DNA of 64,000 bases from Balanoglossus misakiensis. Taxonomy: Eukaryota > Animalia > Hemichordata. Made by a program: the position numbers and the translations under genes. Location: contig CM082577.2 of assembly GCA_040954595.2 (NCBI GenBank), positions 3,720,305 through 3,784,304 on the forward strand, given 5' to 3'. Of the stretch, positions 1 through 7,409 are shown piece by piece. The notes beneath the pieces are model-generated. The model was not told the origin of the DNA, did not search any database, and saw only the letters and a list, made by a program, of their open reading frames with translations. Positions within the stretch are counted from its first letter, which is position 1; each line of letters begins with the position of its first letter.

Positions 1-366
1 TTCTTTGTATATCCCGAGAAGCACGCAATCAATCACAAGCCACTCAACACTTCTGAGTAACGCCTGAACACTCGAGAATAGAACGGCAGAAGGCTCTTCA
101 AACCCATGCACATGTGAAAAGCAAGCAATTAATATGACGTGTTGGTGAATTCTAAGCTCGCCGTGTCCTATACTTGACACATCATTGTCAACAATGAACA
201 CCATTTTTCCCTATTAAGAGCCATATCGTGTTTGTGCGCACTGTGGTGACAGATACTCCCAAGAAACGTATATGTCACAGGAACGTGATCGAGTCTGTGA
301 AGAAGAGATAAACCGGCTTTATCTAAAAGAGTGAAGATACCATTATTTCTTTTCTCTTCCGTGCAG

Positions 367-492
367 GTTCGTTTCACATCACAGTTTGGGTATTTTTGTT
401 GGTTATCGCGGTGAACGTGACAGCAATATTTGTCTTTGTGTTCGAATGGTTTAGTCCGGGAGGATATGACAGGAATTTCAACCGTGGAAGGG
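367..492 (+). CDS. GluN2-like exon: pre-M1/M1
   Basis: Acceptor ttttctcttccgtgcag|, donor |gtaagt. Translates (G)SFHITVWVFLLVIAVNVTAIFVFVFEWFSPGGYDRNFNRGR; compare GluN2 [36 protein letters not shown]. Confidence 0.93.
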
Positions 493-1533
493 GTAAGTGA
501 AAATGTTTGACCTTTTTATAGATAGGCGAAAATGTTTGACCTTTTATAGATACACTTTTAAGCCTCTAGAGCTGCCACTTTTTGCATTATTTTTTATGAT
601 TTTATTTTCCAACTTAAATTGGTCATCTAAATAAGATTACTGATACATGTAGGTATACATGAACAACTTATCGATGCCCGATTGTGACCACATGTTGCAA
701 TTTGAACACGCTATATATTACACCGATTTATTCAGCCTCCACACAAACAGTACGCAGCTATCGTGGTATGCGTCACCAAGTGATGACAAACTGATGCAAA
801 TACATGCGCTGATATACAGACGATGTGTAATATCTTGCAGCTTCCAAGTTCACGATAGGCAGTTCCATTTGGCTGATTTACGGCATCCTGTTCAACAACA
901 CGGTGCACAACAACGTTCCACGGAGTTACACGGCCAAGTTCATGACCAACATGTGGGCGTGCTTCGCGCTGGTCTTCGTCGCCATGTACACAGCTGATCT
1001 GGTGACGCACATGATTCAGGAGGAGAGCCAACGTATCGTGTCGGGATACACCGATAGAAAGGTAAACAGGCACCGATAGAGAGGTAAACAGGCTCGTTGT
1101 TATGAACGTGTCGACGAGCTGGCGTCTATACAGCGTATATGCAGCTTTATACGGTGAATATTACCCAATGAGTCGAGGACAGAAATCATGTTTTTTCTTC
1201 GTTCCATCGTACACTTATGTTCATAAATATAATTTGATAAATATTAAAAAAATCAACCCTGGTCACCAGTAATACAAGGATACATGGTCAGTAAGGGGAA
1301 TTAACATCATTTTAATTACCGACACGGTGTTCGGCGGCCGTGAATGAACTCCAATTAGATTTAATGCGGCTAATTATTTGGTTACAATCATGTTTTTAAA
1401 AAAACATTTAGAAATGTATTAACAGGCACTAGGGGCTGTTACGTAACAGTTGTGAACGCCTGCATAATGCAGGGTCAAAGGCATTTCGATGAATGATTTT
1501 TATAAAATCATTTCGGTTTGTAGTTGTTGATGG

Positions 1534-1580
<47 letters not shown>

Positions 1581-1776
1581 TGTGTCCAATTTCTTGTCAT
1601 TTCAGCTGCAGTCTCCGAGACAATTTCAACCGCCGCTAAGATTCGCCACCGTCTCCTCGAGCAGCGTGGAGACGCTGATCAAGAAAAGCAACCAGGAAAT
1701 GCACGAGTATATGATGACGTACAGCAAACGCACCTCCGCCGAAGCTATAAAAGCACTCAAGTCAGGGTATGTCTGT

Positions 1777-1813
<37 letters not shown>

Positions 1814-4800
1814 CCGGGGGATGGATAGGTGGATGGATGGATGTGCTAACCTAAGCATTAATAATTCAAAAGACAATATGACAGGCGATGAAGGAATTTG
1901 GTAACAAAGCGTACATTTAATAGATGTAAAAAATTATGTAATGACTAAGTCACGAATTATGCATGCATCATTCAATTCAATTTTTAAATTCAAATACTTT
2001 ATATTCTCAACAAGTGTCTAAATAATTTAAGCGCCTTTCCGCCGCAAACAAGTAAATTTGTTCATACTTTCAAATGGTTTACAGATTATACAAAAAAGTA
2101 ACAAAGTTCATTTTCATCATACAACCTCAGTGTGGAATTGAATTGAGGCAGCTCATTGCAATTCCGACGAAATGAGAATTTAAATGTCGTACACAGGCTT
2201 GGCGACCAATCCTTATTAACTTCGGTTATATTTTCTCACAAAAAGCATACCTGTACATGTATGTGTGCATATATGTTTAAGTATATTTAAGTATATCTGA
2301 ATGCAGTACGTATGTTATTTTCGTATTTACATCGTGGCGACAAAGAGGGATTTAAAATAGATGTCGACTCTTCGTGGAAAACATTTTCAGGGTGATAAAA
2401 TCGGCTGACAGACGCGACCAGAAAAAGAAAACAAAATAAAGCAAAATAAAACAAAACACACCCTATCTGTAGATATATTTAATGCAGTACACATGTTATT
2501 TTCGTCTTTACATCGTAGCAAAGAAAGGGCTTAAAATAGTTGATGACTGTCTATGGATGTATTTTTCGAATTGATTAAATTCTCCCTACCTTATATAGGG
2601 TTTTGCTACCTAGGTGAGTGATAAAAATCTCACATGGTCGACACAATTTCAAGATGGCCGATTTTCGCCATGTTTAAGAAATGGGAGGTCAAATGCACAA
2701 ACTGTAAGGAAACGATGCGTGAAAACATATCTGTGGAAAAAATACAAGAACCAAACAAAAAGAACCCCGAAAAACAGAAACTGCAACAAGCTCCTGTGTC
2801 CGGGCCGCAGCGTTCCACGGTGACACAGCAAATATTTAATCATGTAAGATGTTCCCAGTTATATAAATTCCATGTTTTCTTTCTTCAGAGAACTCGATGC
2901 ATTCATATACGATTCCGAGGTTTTGAACGCCCTGGCCAAGAAAGACGATCACTGTGACTTGATTATGGTGGGTGACGTGTACGCCAGTACGGGCTATGCT
3001 GTCGCCTTCACCAAAGAGTCACACTGGATTGAACGCTTCAATCATTACCTGTTGATGTACAAAGACAACGGTAAGATAATACACGACGAACGGTATAGTC
3101 AGCCTGTGGATGTTTGGGACCTCCCATAGGCCGTGGAGTGCCACGGTTGGCTTGACAAGGTGATCGGTCACCCGACCAATCTTTTACCCATGGGCGGATT
3201 TTAAAATTCCCCAGGCCTCTATATACACCAGAAACAGTGCACATCCGAGTTGTATATTAATTCAGGCGCATTGTCAGTGCGACACAGCAGAATCACCAGT
3301 GGACCGTCAAGCGAGAGCACCGATATACCATGATTAATTTTGCCTCCAGCTGTTCTCGCATGGTTCCGGTCCTCTCGCGTTATTGTGATTGTGGAAATGT
3401 GAAGACATAGGGAAATTTCCAGATGTTACGCTCGTTCAACAATTCTCTCGTTCAAAAAAAACCCCATGGTGTAATCTGTGTCACAATATGGCCTAAGCTT
3501 GCCCCGACGACAGTCGCACGATTCGAAAACGGCTGTTCATGTACCATATGATTTCCCATCGCCAATCAAACATTTCCAACGCACCAAACGATTCACATGA
3601 CCCCATCAAGACCGTTTTGGCCATATGTATGGTTAATTTTACTCTCAATTAGATTTGGTTTTATGTTTTACTGTGTAGGCCCTATGATTCCTGTTTATTT
3701 CTTGCGTGATTTTGTTCTCTCCTCACATTTTTCTTTTTCCTGTGCTGTTATATCAATGCACATGTACTACCTACTCATATATATTTAAATAATCTCACAT
3801 ATATCAGCATCTTTGTTGGTACGAGTCTGTCATTCTGAAATCAAACACACGTCACATCGCTAACTTATAGTTAGCCCGACCAGCCAAGAATCAGGCATGT
3901 ACGAAAATGCATGACACCTTATTATCTTAATTCAAATTGGAACAAAATGGGTTTCTTGTCTTCTTGTGGTGGCGACAACCTTTTATTCATATTATCCTTT
4001 CAACAGGTTTTGTGCAGAAGTTGAGCGACACCTGGATGGATAGTGCGTGCGACACCAAAGGTCTGCGCACGGCGGCGTCCAGGCAGACGCTCCGCGTCGA
4101 AAACTTCGCCGGGGTCTTCTTTCTGCTGGTGGCGGGAATCTGTGTCAGCGTCGTCGTCTTCACCGGAGAGCATCTCTGCCTCGTGTGTTGTACGAACAAT
4201 AAGTTGTTCCGATGTCGTAGCAAAAAGCGGCAGTCCCTGTCTGTTCTCGTGCAGGTCAGTTGTCGTTGTTGTGTTGTGTTGTGCAGTGCTTTGCTTTGCT
4301 GTCACGGTGTTGCGTTGTGAAGTGTTGTGCTGTGTTGTTGTGTTGTGTTGTGTTGTGTTGTGTACGAAAGGTCAGTAATATGGTATACATATGTTTTTGC
4401 CCGGTCTTCAGAGGAACATTGTACCATGAACTTACATCCTGACATTTTAATGTCAGCACGTTGGGTAAATGAAGAAACCAGCAGCAGCATTATTCAACTT
4501 ATAATGTATACGTACTGCAATATTAACAAGTAAAATCATCGCACATTTCTTTGGAAATATGGCTTTTTTCTAATTATTGCAAATCGGTTCGTTTCTCAGA
4601 TTGTGGCACAAAATATGTCCATGGCCAAAGGGAAGAATATTAAGGAGCCCGAATGTCACAATTTGGCGTGTTTGAAACAGTGTTCTGAATTGCGCAAAGT
4701 GCGACGGAGGATACGCGAACTGGAAAATACGCTTGCGCGTTGGTAAGTAAAAAAAGTACAGTTCCGTTTTGAGATTCGGATCAGTGTCGATCACAAAGAA

Positions 4801-5303
4801 CAAGTTCACACACTTAGTTGGTTTTTCAGGTTATTGAATATTTAAATATTTACTTGGTTGCCATGTGTCTACTTCATGACAGGTCACCATACGTGAATAT
4901 TAATCACGCGGCGGACGGATACATTGCATACCAAGTGGTGAACAACGACGGAGACGACGCCATTCCGGGGTCAGCCATCACGCCCTCTCGTGGCAGGAGA
5001 AACACGTACGTGGAGGCCATCAGCGAAGACGAACTACTTCCACTGGATTTCAAAGAGGACACGGTTGTAAATAACGTCTTCCAGGTGCCAACGAAAACGG
5101 GTTTGGACAGTTTGAAAAGTTTGACAAAACCACGTCACAAGAAAGGCATACTGCGTAACACAAACGGGCGGGAAAACGGTCGTGACGTGTGGAAAAAATA
5201 CTCCATAAAAGATTCCAGGAACGATTTCCCAGAGGCTGAGCTGATACCGCTCAATCACACAACGGACGATACGGAAGATGTTAACTTAGAAACAACGGTA
5301 TAA
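367..5303 (+). CDS. GRIN2: NMDA-type ionotropic glutamate receptor subunit, GluN2-like (5'-partial; exons 367-492, 841-1061, 1606-1766, 2889-3070, 4007-4254, 4600-4742, 4883-5303)
   Basis: Manual splicing at GT-AG sites gives one open frame (1502 nt, phases 1,0,2,1,0,2 all compatible). It encodes M1 (VWVFLLVIAVNVTAIFVFVFEWFSPGGYDRN), M2 (FTIGSSIWLIYGILFNNTV), M3-MIQEE, S2 (PPLRFATV..., ELDAFIYDSEVLN..., YASTGYAVAF), M4 (NFAGVFFLLVAG...GEHL) and a C-terminal ETTV*. These align by eye with vertebrate GluN2. Exact orthology (GluN2 vs another NMDA class) is not established. The N-terminal exons lie outside the window. Confidence 0.93.
499..553 (+). repeat. Intronic tandem duplication (26-bp unit, 29-bp period)
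   Basis: gaaaatgtttgacctttttatagata at 499-524 and 528-553. Confidence 0.9.
841..1061 (+). CDS. GluN2-like exon: M2 pore loop and M3
   Basis: Acceptor tatcttgcag|, donor aag|gtaaac. Translates (A)SKFTIGSSIWLIYGILFNNTVHNNVPRSYTAKFMTNMWACFALVFVAMYTADLVTHMIQEESQRIVSGYTDRK. Confidence 0.93.
1049..1092 (+). repeat. 22-bp tandem duplication spanning a splice donor
   Basis: caccgatagaaaggtaaacagg followed by caccgatagagaggtaaacagg (one mismatch). Confidence 0.9.
1528..1577. repeat. (GAT)n microsatellite
   Basis: About 16 GAT units, read directly. Confidence 0.95.
1606..1766 (+). CDS. GluN2-like exon: S2 ligand-binding lobe, part 1
   Basis: Acceptor ttcttgtcatttcag|, donor |gtatgt. Translates LQSPRQFQPPLRFATVSSSSVETLIKKSNQEMHEYMMTYSKRTSAEAIKALKS(G); compare GluN2 [25 protein letters not shown]...MHQYM...ALVSLKTG. 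Confidence 0.92.
1770..1842. repeat. (GT)n then (GGAT)n microsatellites
   Basis: Read directly, immediately after the donor of exon 1606-1766. Confidence 0.9.
2290..2581 (+). repeat. Old diverged direct duplication (about 110-bp unit, about 181-bp offset)
   Basis: aatgcagtac.yatgttattttcgt.tttacatcgt...aggg..ttaaaatag.tg..gact at about 2300 and 2482. Confidence 0.8.
2586..2663 (+). repeat. Dispersed repeat fragment, copy 1 (second copy at 38539-38617)
   Basis: ctacctta..yagg.tt.tgctacctaggtgagtgataaaaatc.ca.atgg.cgacacaatttcaagatggc.gattt shared with a site 36 kb away. Confidence 0.85.
2889..3070 (+). CDS. GluN2-like exon: S2 ligand-binding lobe, part 2
   Basis: Acceptor ttttctttcttcag|, donor |gtaaga. 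Translates ELDAFIYDSEVLNALAKKDDHCDLIMVGDVYASTGYAVAFTKESHWIERFNHYLLMYKDN(G). Confidence 0.94.
4007..4254 (+). CDS. GluN2-like exon: end of S2, M4 and juxtamembrane Cys cluster
   Basis: Acceptor tcctttcaacag|, donor cag|gtcagt. Translates FVQKLSDTWMDSACDTKG...LRVENFAGVFFLLVAGICVSVVVFTGEHLCLVCC...VLVQ. Confidence 0.92.
4260..4362. repeat. (GTGTT)n degenerate pentanucleotide repeat
   Basis: Read directly, after the donor of exon 4007-4254. Confidence 0.9.
4600..4742 (+). CDS. GluN2-like exon: cytoplasmic tail (Cys motif plus charged helix)
   Basis: Acceptor gttcgtttctcag|, donor |gtaagt. Phase 0 in, phase 2 out, stop-free: IVAQNMSMAKGKNIKEPECHNLACLKQCSELRKVRRRIRELENTLAR(W). Supported by splice signals and phase, not by strong homology. 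Confidence 0.78.
4883..5303 (+). CDS. GluN2-like terminal exon ending in class I PDZ ligand ETTV
   Basis: Acceptor ctacttcatgacag| at 4882 is phase-compatible with the previous exon and with ORF 4818-5303. Ends ...DVNLETTV-TAA. AATAAA follows at about 5542 and 5559. Confidence 0.82.
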
Positions 5304-5541
5304 AAATTATTGGGTGCATTTTGGGTAGTTTGAAGGCCGGGGTCGAATTTTTGAAGTTTCCAAATAAAATTTTGGACGAAAATTCTCATTCCAGATTTGC
5401 ACTGAGACACACTTTGATATCTTCCAAGAAAACGCAGTATTCGAAAACATCTGAAAACGTGACAATCGCAAGACTGTCCTACATTTTTGCAGTTGAACTC
5501 GCGACATGATTTGACGCCAGTCGATGTTGGTTAATTTCTAT

Positions 5542-5564
5542 AATAAACAGAATTTGGGAATAAA
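5542..5564 (+). other. Candidate polyadenylation signals of the GluN2-like gene
   Basis: Two AATAAA hexamers about 240-260 nt after the stop codon, followed by a T-rich tract (5568-5612). Further AATAAA copies lie in the (TAAA)n tract. Confidence 0.45.
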
Positions 5565-5639
5565 TGCTGTTTTACGCTCCTTTCTTTCTACTTGAATTTT
5601 AATGACTTTTTCTGAAGAAATGAATGGATGAACATATCT

Positions 5640-5640
<1 letters not shown>

Positions 5641-5671
<31 letters not shown>

Positions 5672-5695
5672 ATACAAAAATAAATATATAAATAA
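5641..5695. repeat. (TAAA)n tract
   Basis: 8 perfect TAAA units, then degenerate. Confidence 0.9.
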
Positions 5696-5844
5696 CTGGA
5701 AGCAAATACATATACTAGTTTACTACATTATAATAGCGGCAAACGACTATTTCGGTTATTTTAGTCTCTTTGATTAATTATTTATTTTGTTCTACTCACT
5801 GAAATATGCTCAATCATTAATTTTTTTTTATAATTCAACTCAAA

Positions 5845-5923
5845 CCCTGTTTCACCCAAGTTCCTGCTTACCATAGAAGACAATGGATTTGGGACAAACC
5901 ATGGTGGCGAAAGGGGGGTGTTA
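5845..5923. mobile_element. Possible degraded piggyBac-type mini-MITE
   Basis: Ends ccctgtttcacc ... ggcgaaaggg form an imperfect inverted repeat with CCC/GGG termini. TTAA is near the right end only. Degraded. Confidence 0.35.
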
Positions 5924-5981
5924 AAGCAAAACAAAAACTTGTGTGATGTGGTAAAGACTATCAAAGATACAAAATAATTCC

Positions 5982-7409
5982 TTATTCACGAGGTAAAACC
6001 ATTGACAGTGATTGGTTCAACAATTCTGCAGGAGTTTTCACTATTCTATATCCCATAATATCCATTAGAGTTGTGCAGCTACCTGTTGATTGGATGGCTG
6101 TCACCAGGTCAAAGGTCATCTTCCTTTTCCAATTTTGCGCGGTCGCCCTAGAGTCTCTTCTCGTGTTGTAGATGTAGTTTTCGTCTTTCTTGTTTTCGCC
6201 GCCGTTGGTATTTCTGTCCAGCCACCTGAGAACGTTATCGTGGACACTGATGCCCAGAAAGGTAGAGATTTTCTTGGCCGTTCCGTGCGGATCGTAGGCG
6301 GCGTCTTCGTAGCGGACCACCAGATATTTGTCTCCCGGGAACCAGTCCTGCTGGCTCAGCAAAAAGTTGTTCAAGATGTTGTCGCAGTACGACCTGCACC
6401 TCTGGGCCAAGGCGGGGAACTTGTGGAAATGGTCCACGGACAGGAGTCTGTCCGCAATCCTCTTGCTGATGACTTCGTAGTTGTGGAGGTGCAGTGGCAT
6501 CACCGACGACATCATGCCCCTGGGATCTCTCACCACGTTGACAACCCGCAGGTTTATCTCGGGGTCGTCCATGAGGTGCGTCAGCACGTCCATGCTGCCG
6601 ATTCGGATGACTTTGGCCGCCCGGATATCGAACTTCAGGCACGACTGTTTGGCTTCGTCGACGGTGATCGTTTTGCACCACCCCCAACCTCCTCCGTTCC
6701 AATTACTCTTGCAGTTGTCCGCGTTCACCCACGCCTTGACGTAATCGAACCTCGGACGAGGCGGCAACGAGTTGTAGAAATCTAAAAACATTTTCAGGTC
6801 CGGCGACGAAAAATTACACGTGTAGAAATCTCTGAGTTGGTTGGCCGCCCGAAAGGACAGCGTTGGCGAGCCGTCTTGCAAATTGAGGTGCTTTGTGGGT
6901 TCGAATGCGTAGAGAATTTTCGGATGACTGTTCAGCATCTCGCCGATGAAACTAGACCCCGTTCTCATGCTGGCGAGGACAACAACGTTTATAATGCGAG
7001 ACTTGACCTGTGAACCTCTTTGCTCGCGAAATCTCTTCGCATCGTATCCGTTGTTATTATTGGTTATCACCATCTGCTCACCCAATTTCAGAAACGCTTT
7101 ATCTATCTCACTCACTGAATCGCCGAGTCTTTTGTACTGCGCTTCGCTTATATTTGACAGCGTTCGCAAATCTTCCAAGTCCGCTTTCAAGCGATGAACG
7201 GCGTGTACGGCTGAGTCGTTGATAAGAATGGCCGCTGATTCGAACTGGGGTATTATCCTGCGAGTCGACGTCGGGGGCGACGGCGCCGTGTCTTTGAAAC
7301 GTCGCTGGACGACGAGAATAAACAAAAGAACGTTTACGATGAGGACAGCGAGAAGCACAAAGGGGTGTTTTCTGCCCCAATTTGTTAATGTCTCCCGGCG
7401 AGAGTGCAT
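5982..7409 (-). CDS. CHST1-like: Carbohydrate (Gal/GalNAc/GlcNAc) 6-O-sulfotransferase, CHST1/3/4/5/6 family; type II Golgi membrane protein; single coding exon
   Basis: 475-aa uninterrupted ORF with GC-rich codons. N-terminal signal-anchor (FVLLAVLIVNVLLFILVV) and stem region. 5'-PSB loop ASMRTGSSFIGEML followed by HP..Y.FEP, KVIR, 3'-PB motif VVRDPRGMMSS, VRYEDAAYDP, and T-RDS...AQNWKR..F..V..IQ..C...M..MGY tail, all typical of this family. Confidence 0.93.
   Translation of the reverse strand: MHSRRETLTNWGRKHPFVLLAVLIVNVLLFILVVQRRFKDTAPSPPTSTRRIIPQFESAAILINDSAVHAVHRLKADLEDLRTLSNISEAQYKRLGDSVSEIDKAFLKLGEQMVITNNNNGYDAKRFREQRGSQVKSRIINVVVLASMRTGSSFIGEMLNSHPKILYAFEPTKHLNLQDGSPTLSFRAANQLRDFYTCNFSSPDLKMFLDFYNSLPPRPRFDYVKAWVNADNCKSNWNGGGWGWCKTITVDEAKQSCLKFDIRAAKVIRIGSMDVLTHLMDDPEINLRVVNVVRDPRGMMSSVMPLHLHNYEVISKRIADRLLSVDHFHKFPALAQRCRSYCDNILNNFLLSQQDWFPGDKYLVVRYEDAAYDPHGTAKKISTFLGISVHDNVLRWLDRNTNGGENKKDENYIYNTRRDSRATAQNWKRKMTFDLVTAIQSTGSCTTLMDIMGYRIVKTPAELLNQSLSMVLPRE

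Noticed and set aside
4818-4882. ORF start at 4818 and acceptor tttttcag at 4829 for the last receptor exon
   Set aside because: Out of phase with exon 4600-4742 (gives a stop within 5 codons). The acceptor at 4882 restores the frame. It would be in frame only if exon 4600-4742 were skipped, for which I have no evidence.
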